Notes: a model not told the origin generated them from the sequence alone. 64,000 nucleotides of DNA from Azolla caroliniana (GCA_043228905.1 JBHGNT010000013.1:5022001-5086000); one strand, 5' to 3'; shown: positions 10,270 through 23,445, counted from the first letter of the stretch. Made by a program: numbers and translations.

Positions 10270-12379
10270 ATAAAAGGTATAAAAGATCTTTCATTACATG
10301 TTGCAAAGTTACAAGAAGAAAAATCCTCACAACCCCAAAAAGATTATGAAAGAAGATGCATATGGTGTGATAACGTCGACCATTCAAGAGGAGGGTGTGA
10401 TAACTATCAAGAAGCGATAGAAAGAGGGGTGATATTCTTCAAAGATGGTAAGATTCATTCTTTTGAAACCCGATTACCTCTCCGAACTAACTTTAGAAGA
10501 GGTGGTATGAGAAGGATCATCGAAGATGCGGAAATAACTAAGACACAAGTTGTCTATCAACCAACAACTATAGTCATCCATGTTGGTAAAGGAGGATCTG
10601 AATCTGAATTTTGGCCATGTATTTTGAAAGCTGCAAGAAAGGGTAAAATCAAGTTTGAAAAGTTGAAGTCTGGAGGTGATGTTGTCCGAAGCAAAACTGG
10701 TTGGGAAGACCCAGTGGATGACCTCTCAACTTTCGCGAAGGTTGCAACAACCCAAGCCCATGAAGTGATCATCGAAGAGAAACGGAAATGGGCAGAAAAT
10801 GAAGATAACAAGAAGAGGGAACTAAGAAGCGTTAAAAAGAGGGAGACAAAAAGTCCAAAAATGGTAAGCCCTGACATTGAAAAAGGTAATGATAAGAAGA
10901 GTCCCTCATTCAAATTATTATCTGATATTGAAGCTTCAACTTATTTAAAAAAAGTATTGGAAGAAAGAATTTTAGATAGCAAAGTGGAACTTTCCTTGAG
11001 GGAACTTTTGGGCATAGGTAAAAAAGAATTTCATGATGCAATAATAGATGGAATTAAAAGAAAATGACAAAGTATTGAAGCTGCCGAAAACCCAGAAAGT
11101 GAAGTAAAGAAAACAACGGTGGAAGTCCTCAAAGGTGAACGAAGCTCTTCCATTGTTGGTACACAAGCTATTGCGACGACAACTTTTGAAGAGAAGCCGA
11201 AAGAGCTAAAAAGCTACTATGCTAAGAAACATTGGGCAAGACCAACAACTGAGACACCCGTGAAGATTGAAAACCTTGAAGATCCGGTCATGGCCTTAAT
11301 TGACCACAACTCAGAAATTAATCTAATTTCTTATGATATTTATATGAAAGGCGGATGACCAATGGAAACGAATCATGGGTGGAGGGTAAAATCAACTAAT
11401 TCAACGACCGAGCAACTTCATGAAGCTTGCCCAAACATCAAAGTCACCATTGGAGGTGTGTCAATGGAGCAGCATTTCTTTATCCAAAAGACCTCGTCAT
11501 ACCCAGTGATTCTTGGTCAACCATATATCACATCTTCTAGGATGGAGACGAAGGTGCTTGAAGATGGCTCGGCATATGCTAGAATTCGGAGTACTGATGG
11601 TAAAAGGAGTGTTCAATTTCTTACTGTTAGGCAAGAGCATGATAGAAATAAAGAAGAATTACTAATTAACTCATGTGAGCATGATATGTCATCTTATGAA
11701 TCGGATTTTTAAATAGGATCATTGATGGGCAGGGACACAATGGTCCCAAAGCTTTTCTTTCCTTGCAAAAATGTTTTCCAAATAATAAAACAGTCAATAC
11801 TTTCTCTAATACAATGGATGGATTTACCTGTTACTTTGGTGTGGAAAGTCATGCACAAAATAAAGGGAGCAGGAAGATGTTGGATGCATTGTGCACTTAA
11901 GGGATGATTGAAAGGGATGACATAATTTCTAGTATGTTTCTTGAATATTTAGATGTGGATACAGTCAAAATATTAGAAAATTGCTTGAATGAGAAAGAAT
12001 GCGACAAGAGATTTGTTCATGTAAATTTTGTTGATATGTACCTTCATATTGTTGGTTTTATTGAAATAAATGGTTGTGTAGCTAATGGTGAAATAGTTGG
12101 CAATGGCTATCATGAAATGGCTAAAAAAGTAAGTAAAAATAACTATGCAATAAAAGTTAGCACTAAATATAAAACAATAGACAAAAAGGTCAAGCCCGTG
12201 GCCATGCATCTACCTATGGATAGTACTGAAATGAAAAAGAATGTTGCGTTTGAGCCAACATTGTGGGATTCTATGGATATTGGTCATAAGTTTACAAATG
12301 CTACTCTAGATCAACTAAAAATTGGTGAGAATGATTTTCTTTTGCCTGTTGAGATACGATGTTTTCGAAATATGATTGC
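10270..12379 (+). mobile_element. Degenerate gypsy gag end, protease and pre-RT region
   Basis: Zinc knuckle CIWCDNVDHSRGGC, protease ALIDHNSEINLIS and YPVILGQPY, then KYKTIDKKVKPVA. Confidence 0.75.
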
Positions 12380-12659
12380 TCCTTCACTTATGGAAAAAGT
12401 TACCCCTATTTACAAAGTCAACTCAAGAGCCTCAATGGAAATATCAACTCCCATGGACCCTTTCTTGAATACCAGTTAATTAGGGCAAAGTGCAACAACA
12501 AATTTCAATACCTTTTACAAAGTCCTATCTTCAGTCTTAGGATTATAGTATATCATTGTACATGAAAAATTGTAAGCTTTTGGGCAAACAAGCTTAAGTT
12601 GTAGCATTTACATATCTTTTCTTAATACTACTAAGGAAAATCTTTGAAAAAAAAAAAAA
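12380..12659 (+). mobile_element. 3' end of an L1 LINE with poly(A)
   Basis: LHLWKKLPLFT...WKYQLPW matches the C-terminus of the LINE near 53000. Ends in CTTAATACTA..GGAAAATCTTTG plus an A run. Confidence 0.65.
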
Positions 12660-12845
12660 CATGAAGAGACATGAGATTTGTCAGCCTCGAGGTAGGTGTG
12701 TGTATAGGCTAGATTTTTGTTTGTAAAGGTTATAAATATTAATTTCTTAACAAGTAATCACACATGTTGACAAGGAATGGAAGAGTTTATAATTAGTGAA
12801 AATTAATTATTAATAACAATTTATTCTCTAAACAATACTAATAAC

Positions 12846-13703
12846 CATAGATTGACATATTCACATTCGTTGGGCCTGCCCCACGAATTCATACGAATAG
12901 GAATACGAATGCATGTAAATATATTCATTTTCTTCTTTTTTTTGAATTTTTTATAAAAAAATAAAAAACTATTTTTTCTCAGTGAGCGAGTGAACGAACA
13001 GTGAGCCGCGAGCAAGGAAGCCTCACCCTACTCCTTCTGCATGTTGCCCTCGCTTCCCTCTACATCTTGTTCTCGGCCAAGAAATTAGGGTTTCGGCTGA
13101 AAACCCTAATTTCTATCATAATCCTAGTTTCAACAGTTTTCTTTCTTTTCATCCCGCGTCCTTGACTCCCTCTCATGCTCTATTCTAATCCTACATCTTG
13201 TTCTCTGCAAACTCAAACTTTCATTGAAACCCTCAATTTAGCTAAGTTTAGTAGAAGCCCTAATTAATTAACTAATATTTTTCAATTAATTAATTAATTT
13301 TTTGATGAATTAAGATATGTATTAGTAAATTAATTAATGTATAGTGAATCAATTAATGTTTAGGTGAATTAATTAATTATTATATTAGTGAGTTAATTAA
13401 TTATTGATGTATGTGTGTATATACATATATGAGTGATATATGTGTGTGTATACACATATATGTATGTGTGTATATGTATATATCATATATGTATGTATGT
13501 ATATGTATATATCATATATGTGTGTGTATATATATATGTATATATCATATATGTATCTATATGTATATATCATATATTTATGTGTGTACATGTAAATGTA
13601 AACGAATGGTTTTATAATATTCTTGGGGCCGATTTATATTCTTGAATATCGTGAATATTGCGGATGTCAAATACCACGTATATTACGCATGGGTCAATCT
13701 ATG
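12846..13703. mobile_element. Non-autonomous hAT transposon / MITE (858 bp)
   Basis: 11-bp TIR CATAGATTGAC...GTCAATCTATG and perfect 8-bp TSD CTAATAAC (12838-12845, 13704-13711). Confidence 0.88.
13405..13592. repeat. Compound (TA/TG/CA) microsatellite inside the MITE
   Basis: Alternating purine-pyrimidine tract. Confidence 0.9.
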
Positions 13704-14345
13704 CTAATAACTAACTTTGAAAAACAAATCCGAGAATAATTTTAAGACAACAATACAATATAAATCATTACAAAAATGCTAATAATTTTGAAAATTGCAA
13801 AATGGACAAAAAGTTTAATGATGCTTGTTTCCACTCTAATGTTATGAAGGTTCGAAAATATGCAAAGGTCAATTGAACACTTATTGATACCCATTAAATT
13901 CCCAACACTAGCACCATATATAAAGTTAATTAAAGCACCAAATACTAAGCTAATTAATGATCTGACGTATTCAGCATACAAATAGAGTCTATCTTGTTAA
14001 TTTGTTTTCATTAGGATCGGGTGGATAAACACCCTATTGATGGTAAGATGGAGGGAGTCATTCTCAAGCATGCCAACTGAATAAACTAGCGCACTCAACA
14101 AACAAATTTCTTAATGTCACTCTTACCCTTGATTAAATAATGAAGAATATGTTTACCTTTATGAAAAGTCTTAGCCAAATTCCCCCACATTCACTTTATC
14201 ACATAATGGAATGTAGGTCAACACAAGAAATCAACAATGACAATAACTCAACTCTTACTAATCAAATAAAGAAACTACCACTCATGTAGAAGAATTGAGG
14301 TTTGAACTATGGCTAAAAATGAGGGTCAAAGGTTGAGGTTTGGAC

Positions 14346-14384
<39 letters not shown>

Positions 14385-17300
14385 GGTTGTAGCCCAAAAA
14401 TGATAAAGTGAAGAGAAAGAAGTAAAAAGTATTTACGTTTAATTTTACATGTTGTTTACATTTTAGTATTTATATCTTTGTCTTATGACTTTGTTTCAAG
14501 TTTTGTGTGTCTATTGTTTGTAAGTATTGTCAAACAAGGTTCTCAATGTCAAGAAAACAAGTGATGATTAACACGGGGCATCAATGGGATCATCTTGTAC
14601 TTTGCTCTACAACCGTTGGTGTAGTTAAGCACCTTTAATCAATTTTATTTCCACATATTTTAATTAATTTATTATCATTTGGATAGATCACAATTATGGC
14701 AATCTAACAAATTATCAATGAAGCATAGCAATGGGAAAGTACTACCAAATTAGGCATGTCAATTGAAAGAGAGAATGTGTGAATCATTATCTTGGAAGAA
14801 TTTACCCACTCAGTTGGTCACCAAGTATGAGAGGAACATCCCATCATTGTCTCAATTTATCAACAAATTGTTGTGTACAGTATGGTATGAAGGGGATTCC
14901 TTTATAGCCTTTCTAGGTAAATCCACTTGAACTCATAAGGTTCATATGCCCTTTCATATCTCTCCAAAGCATTTCCCATGAACTGCCAATTTATTCTGTA
15001 CATATCTATGTACTATCAACAATATGCAGATGTGCCATGACCATATTCTACTTGTATGTCTATAGCAAACAATCGTGCTTGTATATACATGTGCATAATT
15101 AGCTTAAAGTTGTGGACCTTATAAACAATACCTGTATGGTTTTTTCTTTTTAGAGTTATGTGTGTATCAAGGAATTTGTTTTGAATATTTAGTGCTTGCA
15201 AAGGGAAATCTACCTTGTTATTAGTTAACACAACTTTTGAGTTGATTTAAGCCCAAGGTATGTTAGGTTATTTTACAATACCTATGTTTGTAGTAGACTC
15301 ATAAGAAAGGTTTGCTAAACAAGGATTCATTCTAAACACCTTTAGAATAACTTTAGTAAAAGGTTAAAACCCCAATGCCAAAAACCAAGTGAGTCAAACC
15401 TAATCAAGAATGAATGAAGTTTGCATTACATTATAATGATTAGATAGAATAGGTGGTGTATGATGCATCCTCATTTTATTAGAGTGAGATGTCCCATAAT
15501 TGGACAATGCAACAAATACTAACATTGTGGATGATGCTTTAGTGGGTAGCTTAGTTTTTCTTTCTAGCAATGATGACGATTGAAGTACAAATGATGGATT
15601 TATAACGATATTCCAATGTGCAAGAGAAGTCCGTGTATAATGTATAGGCATAACCATTACAAACTAATCCAATAACTAATTTTAATGGGCTAAGGGTAGG
15701 ATAGTCGATAAACTGGTTAACCAAGGGGTTAGGACAAACTCATGTGAACTCATGACGCATGGGAGCACATGATAGTCTAGGAGCATTAGGTGTTGAGCTA
15801 TATAAAAGGGGCTAGGTACCCCCTTCATTACAACATCCAAAGATGTTGTCAAGACTTTACTGGTGAGGCTAAGCTCTCTTCTTCAAATCCTTTAGCCAAC
15901 ATCCATCTGATAACAGAAGTACTTGTATTGGACACTAATGGTATTATATGTTTGTCTCATTTCCTTCACTTAGGGGTGGTTGGTGTGGTTAAGCACACTT
16001 TAGAGAGTTTTTATGTGCAAGATAGGTGCATCCTATCTTTATATCTTTTCCAACGTGTAGGGAGGGGTGTCTATTACTCATGATGTAATTTCCATGTAGA
16101 TGCCCTCAAACTTCTTGTTAGAGTTCAAGTCTACTAAAATTATGACACTTTCCATCTTAGGCAAATGTTATGTATAATATTCATAATATTTGGAGTACAT
16201 AATGTGTGTAAAATAAGATACTAATAAAGTGATGATATAAACTATGGTCGTAGTAACAATTTGGACACTGAAGAATATGAATCATGCTACCCAATACCTT
16301 TGTTCCAAAGTGATGTGTGGCACAACCACATATTGAATGTTCAATGTGAGATAGTGACATAATATTTTTAAGGATCTCAGATCTTGTAATGGCATGAGGC
16401 CGGGCCCAATCATTCACCTTACAATGATAGATACCTTCTTCTTCTTCTTCTTTCTAACCATATTTCAAGAAATAAAATAATATAATATTTTTAGAACAAA
16501 GAGTTTCCTATGGGCCACCCACCACCTTCCACCTTATGTATTATCCTTGATCCATTGGTTTTCCATTTGGTTTACATCCCATCAATTATCCTTGAGACTT
16601 TTTCTACGAGGAGTTGTATATGTGTTCATATATGTACATACATGTAGATGGCATTGATTTCATACAAGAATTTCACCACTTGTAGGAGTTGCGGACAAGG
16701 CAACAAACCCTTCTTCATCTACTATGGATTTATCCCCATACAAGAATTTCACTTTTGTTCAAATTCCATGCTCATCAATTCCCAAAGTGTTTTTTCCTCT
16801 TTACTTCATACCATAGTACCTTAAACCATTGCTATATTTTCTATGTGGGTTGAATATTCGCCTCTTTGGTCACTCCACATTCTATGTATATACTTAGGCA
16901 ATCAACTTCCAATCCATATAAACTATTCAAGTTATCTTCATGAATCATAACTACGAAACCTTCTTCCCTTAATAAGAATTTTGAACTCGCCCATATATGC
17001 TGGAGCCCATCCCTTTGTCCACCATTTGCATCATTGCTTCTATATGACATAGTTTACATTTTCTTTGATGTTGAGACGCATCTTCTATGTTATTTTGCTC
17101 TCAACAAGTTCATGAGCCTTACGATTAGAGTGTATTACAATGAACCAAATTCGATCACATAAAAAATTCTTTTCACCCAATTTCGATGGCATCCCATCCA
17201 TACACACATTTCGATCACTCACAATGAGTACTCTTAATTGCAATGCTCTTACACCCATATTTTGGTCTAGGGGATGGGGATATTTCACCTCTCGGAACAA

Positions 17301-17538
17301 TAATAAAATGTAGGTCTATCTTTATGTTTGTTATAATGTTAGTGGGTGTATGAGTGCCCTATTTTCCTAATAATTTTGATCACACATTGAAACATTCTCC
17401 ATGATGTTCTAATTCAATTTGAGGTTTCTTGGTAATAATAAAAGCATGTATGTAACACAAATGTATGTAGTGTAGGTTCCATAGGACAAATAATATATCA
17501 TCATCATTTCTATTGCTCTCTCCATCCATGAGCTAGAA

Positions 17539-17733
17539 CCTATCCCAAAGATTGTACTTAATCTCCTATGGATATTCAAATACATATCTATTTCTCTCTT
17601 TGGCCCTATCCCAAAGGTTTCACTTAATCTCCTATGGATATTTAATACATATCTATTTCTCTTTTTGGCCCTATTCCAAAGATTGCACTTAATGTCCTAT
17701 GGATATTCAATACATGTCTATTTCTCTCTTTTG
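17539..17733. repeat. Tandem repeat, about 3 x 65 bp
   Basis: CCTATCCCAAAGATTG.ACTTAATCTCCTATGGATATT..ATACATATCTATTTCTCT.TTT repeated three times. Confidence 0.85.
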
Positions 17734-18093
17734 CTCAGGTAGTTGGCTTGGTGGTTTACATTGCAGCAACAAAAGTCATGAATTTGAGAAACCCAAGTTT
17801 GATCCATGGCATGGGCTAAACCTCATCTCATAGATCACAATCAGTTTTCTATGGACATGAAATTGATATTTATCTATCCCTTGCTTACAATGTTTCATTT
17901 TTCAGCATTTTCTTATATCATTACATTCTGAGAGTTTGTTTGAGAATGTTTTCAAGTATTTGAGCCTTTCGATAGAACAAAATGTTTTATACAATGAAAA
18001 ACTTGGAAGAAAAGGAAGCAACAAGAAAAATGTTCTTGAGCAATGGGTCTTTGTTTTTTGCTTTTACAACTCAAACCCAACATGCACACCATG

Positions 18094-20175
18094 TCACCTA
18101 ACACTTATATGTGTTAAACTATCCAAGATATTCGAAGAATTCAAAGATGATGGCGAAAAGGCCCAATCATCACCATTTGTGACATGAAACATCTGTCCTA
18201 AGGCAATGTTTGGATGTTCAAGAGAGGTTAATAGAGGTAGTTGTGCATCATTGCCCAACACTTGCACCACTTGCCGCATTGATGGCCTCCTTGAAGCATC
18301 GGGATGAGCACATAAAAGCCCTAATACAAGCACCTTCTCCATTTGGTCGTGATCAAATACTCCATCGAATCTTGGATCAACGATGTCAAGTATCGCCCCC
18401 CGTGTGTACAAATCCCACACTCCATCCACGAGAAGCATGTTCTCATCTTTATCCATGTGTTGGATAGGCCTTCGTCCCGTCATCACTTCGAGAAGCAAGA
18501 CCCCGAAGCTATAAACATCGGTACTCGTTGTAGCTTTGCCTGTCCTCGCAAACTCAGGAGCTAAGTAGCCCAATGTTCCAACAACCTTCGTCGTGTGTGG
18601 ATGTTGTCCATGCTCGTGTAGTCTTGCAAGGCCGAAATCCCCGAGCTTCGCGGTCATATCGGCATCCAAGAGCACATTGCTAGCCTTGATGTCTCGATGC
18701 AAGACTTGTTGTTCCCATCCCTCGTGCAAGTACAACATACCTTCGGCAACTCCCCTCACTATCATAAGCCTTTGCTCCCAGCTGAGGACACCGGCATTGC
18801 TCCCCATCTTGTTGAACAACATCTTATCTAAGCTACCATTACACATATAGTCGTACACGAGTAGTAGCTCGCCATTGCGTCGACTCCACCCAAGGAGTTG
18901 TACGAGGTTCCGGTGTCGTAACCGGCCCATGCTCGCCATCTCCGCGATGAACTCTCTCTCCCCTTGGTTCGACTCTCTCGAGAGCCTTTTCACCGCCACT
19001 TCGACGCCGGAGCTGGGCAACACTCCCCGAAACACCCGCCCGAAACCCCCAACCCCAAGCAATCCCTTCTGGTGGAACTTGTGGGTTGCTTTACTGAGCT
19101 CGTGATAGCTATACCTATGCAACCCGAACTCGAGCTCCCAACTTTCGACGACTTCTCGTCGGCTCTTTACATACAAGACACGGGACACAAAGGCACAAAT
19201 GATAAGGAATGCGACAACACTACCCACGCTTATACCGACTTTGAAAGGCGTGGACGAGACGAGTGTGGGGGTGGGGAAGACCGGTGGGAGTAAGGAGAGG
19301 TCTAGGGGTGGGGCCGTGCCATCGCTATTGAAGCTCCACGAGAGAAGCCGATGGGTGCCCGAGATGACACCGGTGGAGCCAGAGAATCCGACAAAGGTCT
19401 GTTGTAGGAGGATTTGTGAGAGGTTAAGATGTGTGGAGAGAAGGGGTATGGATGGCCTAGCCAGCCCCACGGGGACAATACTCACATTAAGTATGTGATT
19501 CAAGCCATCATAATCCACCCATGCTTGGATAAATTGCCCACTCTTCAGATTGATCCCTTTCTTGACCGTCTCATTCAACCAATACGCGGCCTCGCTAGCA
19601 TGGATCGACACCATACTGTTCACATTGATGCCGACATGGTTATCGTTGATGTCGTCAAACTCGAGGTCTTGGACGGTGTCGAATTCGATGGCGAAGAGGT
19701 GGTCGGATGTGTTCCCGATGTCGCTCGAGTTGAGGAGCCCCAAGTATTGGCTGGGGAAGACGGAGTGGGCGTCCAAGGAAGGGGCCATGGCGAAGGCCAT
19801 GCCATGTCCACCCAGGGTCTCGTAGAGAGGGGAGATGCAGAACACGAAAGTGGTGCTAAATGAGGAGACTAGGTCTGAAGTCGAAACGTTGGGCTTCTTG
19901 ATTGTGATGGGGGAGGTGTAGAATGCTCTACCGAATTGTTTTGCGGATGTGTTTGTTAGCTTTATGTATCTTGTGTGAGGATCTATGTCTGCTATCCCAT
20001 CCAAGGTTATCTGCTCCGGAATTGATGATGTTGTTGCTCTGTCAAACCCATTGAAGGTGAAGATGGTCTTCTGCTGTTGGCCAGAGGTGGGTTGTGTCAT
20101 GGTAACGATCATGGTTATGATGATGATGATGAGGAGGAGGAGGATGGGTTGCATTGCGGTAGGGATCATCATCAT
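18094..20175 (-). CDS. LecRK: L-type (legume) lectin receptor-like Ser/Thr kinase, intronless, 693 aa
   Basis: Signal peptide; legume lectin domain (GRAFY, FSTTFVF, AIEFDT, NHVGINVN, WVDYDG, VGFSGSTG); TM helix VGISVGSVVAFLIICAFV; kinase motifs GVGGFG, VAVK, HRDIKASN, DFG, APE, DVYSFG. No stops. Confidence 0.97.
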   Translation of the reverse strand: MMMIPTAMQPILLLLIIIIITMIVTMTQPTSGQQQKTIFTFNGFDRATTSSIPEQITLDGIADIDPHTRYIKLTNTSAKQFGRAFYTSPITIKKPNVSTSDLVSSFSTTFVFCISPLYETLGGHGMAFAMAPSLDAHSVFPSQYLGLLNSSDIGNTSDHLFAIEFDTVQDLEFDDINDNHVGINVNSMVSIHASEAAYWLNETVKKGINLKSGQFIQAWVDYDGLNHILNVSIVPVGLARPSIPLLSTHLNLSQILLQQTFVGFSGSTGVISGTHRLLSWSFNSDGTAPPLDLSLLPPVFPTPTLVSSTPFKVGISVGSVVAFLIICAFVSRVLYVKSRREVVESWELEFGLHRYSYHELSKATHKFHQKGLLGVGGFGRVFRGVLPSSGVEVAVKRLSRESNQGEREFIAEMASMGRLRHRNLVQLLGWSRRNGELLLVYDYMCNGSLDKMLFNKMGSNAGVLSWEQRLMIVRGVAEGMLYLHEGWEQQVLHRDIKASNVLLDADMTAKLGDFGLARLHEHGQHPHTTKVVGTLGYLAPEFARTGKATTSTDVYSFGVLLLEVMTGRRPIQHMDKDENMLLVDGVWDLYTRGAILDIVDPRFDGVFDHDQMEKVLVLGLLCAHPDASRRPSMRQVVQVLGNDAQLPLLTSLEHPNIALGQMFHVTNGDDWAFSPSSLNSSNILDSLTHISVR

Positions 20176-20340
20176 AATCAGAAGCAGAAACAGATGCAGA
20201 AGCAGAAGATGAAGATGAAGAGGAAAGGAGTGAAGAAAGGTTGAAGAAATGGGTTAAATGAGAAAGGGGAGAAAGAAGAAGTAGCAAATAACAAATCTAT
20301 GTCTGTAATGTAATGTATGTATGTATGCATGCATGCATGT

Positions 20341-20363
20341 ATATGTATGTATGCATATGTGCT

Positions 20364-20403
<40 letters not shown>

Positions 20404-20462
20404 ATGTGCTTACTCTCTCTCTCTCTGTGCATATGTGCTTACTCTCTCTCTCTCTCTCTCTC
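20341..20462. repeat. Three (CT)n tracts separated by TGCATATGTGCTTA units, upstream of LecRK
   Basis: Directly visible; reads (GA)n on the gene strand, about 170-290 bp upstream of the ATG. Confidence 0.85.
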
Positions 20463-22734
20463 GATGTTCGACGAGGGCGGGTCGGTCAAGCGTCAATATA
20501 CATACTGGTCGTGGCATGTTGTTTACGGAAAGTGTTAGTTAGATGGTTGTTGATTTCATACACCCATTGTGGAATGTACTTTTCTGAAGTAACTAACACG
20601 TATCTTGTGTAACAAACATCAATTCGCTATCACGAATCATGGTATGTATATAATTGATGAGAAGTGTCATTCTGATGGCTGTTGGTTCAATATGTGAACC
20701 ATGGCTTGTAGTTTAATAAGAAGTAATACATATGATCAAGCAAAGAGTAGGAATCCACTTACATTAATACGCGTCACTTTGTGCCACACAAGGGGAATAT
20801 TTTATCACTGGTTTAGGACCACTACAAGAAAAGAAAAAGATACCTAGTTAGGTTGACAATTGGTTTGAAGAGTTTTATGATCATCCTCTAATGTTAAATA
20901 TCACATATGAGACCAAAAGTGAAATAGATGTGTGAATTGTGTAATAACTCTCAATGTTCAAGAATATTTGTAATGAATGATGCAATTGAGAATGCACACT
21001 ATGACTTTGTAAGAAATTGTATTGGGTATTGAGATACCTAGATAGATATATTTTTTAATGTCTACGACGGATCATTTGTGATCTATATAGGACAAGATTG
21101 TGAGCCAGCGCGCTAAGGATTAGACTTGGTTTCTATCTCAACTTTTTGACTTTTGTTTTTACCATATAAACCATTCAACCAGCACATCCATGAAAAGACA
21201 ATGCCAATCTATTAGTTCCTGAGAGTGCTAAAGAGAAAGGGAGGTTAACCCAAATGACAATAGCCGGAGGTCTAATGTCTAAATGCAATTCACATTTTCT
21301 AATGTTTTGCTCACTTGAGCTCCATTTTGTTTCGAAGTTACCCGGATTGTGCACCCAATACCTAATAGATATAAAGTCAAAGCTTTTAGTGATTCAATCA
21401 CACGAGAATGATAATTTAAACCCCAATGCACACATCTTGAATCCTCACACTTTGTTGAATCTCTATCAGGCCTCGTGGTTTGTAAAAGGTTAACAATTGT
21501 GCATGTCCCTATCCATCCAAAAATGTGCAAATTTTAAATGTCCACAACACATTTTCCTATTTTTGACTACCCAATTGGGTAGTGTCATAAATTTCCCATA
21601 GAAATGGTAAAGCTAGAAAATTCTTGTGGTCAACTTGTCTACCTCAAACCTTGAAATTTCTTGTTGTTCACACTCTTTTTCTCGTCTCTATGAACTCAGA
21701 AAGCTTCATCCATAATATGATCTCCTGACGGAATCTTGTTGCTAAATATCCAATTAGCACAAAGATAAGATGGTTTGAAGCTTTACAAGTTGCATTTTGG
21801 AGTCTCATAATCATATATGTCATTATGTCAAATATAACACCTTTGGTATTTAGTGTAATTGTGCACAATATTATCAAATCAATAAAAAACTATTTTCTTA
21901 CTTATATTTGAGACTAAACAAATATGAGTTTCGCATTATGAAACATGACAAACTTGGTCCATGGATAGACAAATAAATCATTGATATAGCATAACCATCA
22001 TTGTGAAATTGACAATCTTTTGTATGCCATCACCAAATGAAGTTTAATTGTAAGAGTGGTGCCCACTGGTTATCGCTCATACATGTACAATTTTACAAAT
22101 AATACTAGAATAAGCAAAATGAAACGTGAAGATTTTATGTGAGCTCCACGTATCACTCCTATGAATGCATACACATAAAAATTTAAATAAAGGTTGAAAG
22201 ATCAGCTTTATCTCCGGTACTTAAATTCTAGGTTCACATTGAAAAGTACATTAATAAGAAGTCACGATTAAAATGGAAAAAAAGTAATATGCTGTGAGTA
22301 GAATAACAAAATTGTTGACATTTCTAGTTAACTTTTCAATATACAACCAAAGATACGATGATTTTTAAGCATGTAGTAATACTAGCTAGTAGCAATTACC
22401 GCAAATCCTACCATGTGGTGGCACAAGTCATACATTTTAACCACCCAAAAGTAACTAACTATAGAAGCTTTTTGTTTGCTCAGATGGGATGTTTCATTGA
22501 ATGCAAAGTAGAATATCTTTATTTGCCGACTTCTACAAGAGGGGATTGTATGCTTTGTGGTGGCACATTAATTATTGGATAAAAACACATCCTCCCATTT
22601 CAATGCCAATTCTCTAACTACCTCGTTTCTAACCACACTATTACACATATATTTTGCCCTTTGTAACTAGATGATATTGCAATTAGTGCCATCATAATGG
22701 GTTCTAGTGATTGATCATGATTTTCTTGTGCAAG

Positions 22735-23189
22735 TAACAATCGGCAACGGTTCGGTTCGGTTCGAGGGTGTCAAAACCGAATTAGTTTAAAACTGAACTG
22801 TTTACAATTTTTGAAACTTGGACTAGAACCGAACTAAACCACAAAACCGTTTAAACTAAACCATTGCAAAAAATCCAAACCGTTAAACTGTAGTTTCGTG
22901 GTTTGGTTTTGGTTTTCATATTAGGTCAAAATTCAAATTTTCAATTTTCAATTTTTAAATTATTATTTTTTTCATTATTTCAAAAATTCAAAATTCAAAA
23001 TGTTAATGATTTTTGCTAAAATGTGAGAATTAGGCTTAAAATGAAAAGGTTGTTCAAAAAAATATTTTAAAAAATATTCAATTGGCAGCCCTAAACCATC
23101 AAACTGTTTTAGCCATTTAAACCACTTAAACTGTGGTTTCAAACAGTTTAGACCCAAACCGAACAGAACCAAACCATTGTCGATTGTTA
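22735..23189. mobile_element. hAT-type MITE (455 bp)
   Basis: Imperfect TIR TAACAATCGGCAACGGTT...AACCATTGTCGATTGTTA, perfect 8-bp TSD TGTGCAAG (22727-22734, 23190-23197), subterminal AAACCG/GGTT repeats. Confidence 0.9.
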
Positions 23190-23445
23190 TGTGCAAGTGA
23201 TTTTGTAGAATGTTAAAATATGATCTTAGGGGCATATGGCTATATTGTTTTAGAAACACTACGACCAAGACCAATATTAACCTAATATTAATATTTTCCC
23301 CTAAAATATACATTTTTATTTGTGATACGATGTGTCACTAATGTATACTTTCAAGATTCATCCAACATTTTTTTATTGTTGTGATAGAGTGTCTTTGATT
23401 GCAATGTAATTTCAACAAAGAAAAAGTAAAATGAGTGTCTTCCAT

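Noticed and set aside
9985-12479. ORFs 9985-11067 and 11904-12479 as host genes
   Set aside because: Chimeric read-through across TE junctions (antisense fragment into gypsy gag; gypsy into a LINE 3' end).
13397-13645. Tyr/Ile/Cys-rich ORFs
   Set aside because: Artefacts of the TA/TG microsatellite.
17539-17733. CRISPR-like periodic repeats (also 34290-34520 and 6810-6925)
   Set aside because: Eukaryotic context with no cas genes; these are head-to-tail or TE-internal repeats, not a repeat-spacer array.
18210-20612. ORFs antisense to or overlapping LecRK and its (CT)n repeats
   Set aside because: Shadow ORFs of GC-rich coding DNA or of microsatellites.
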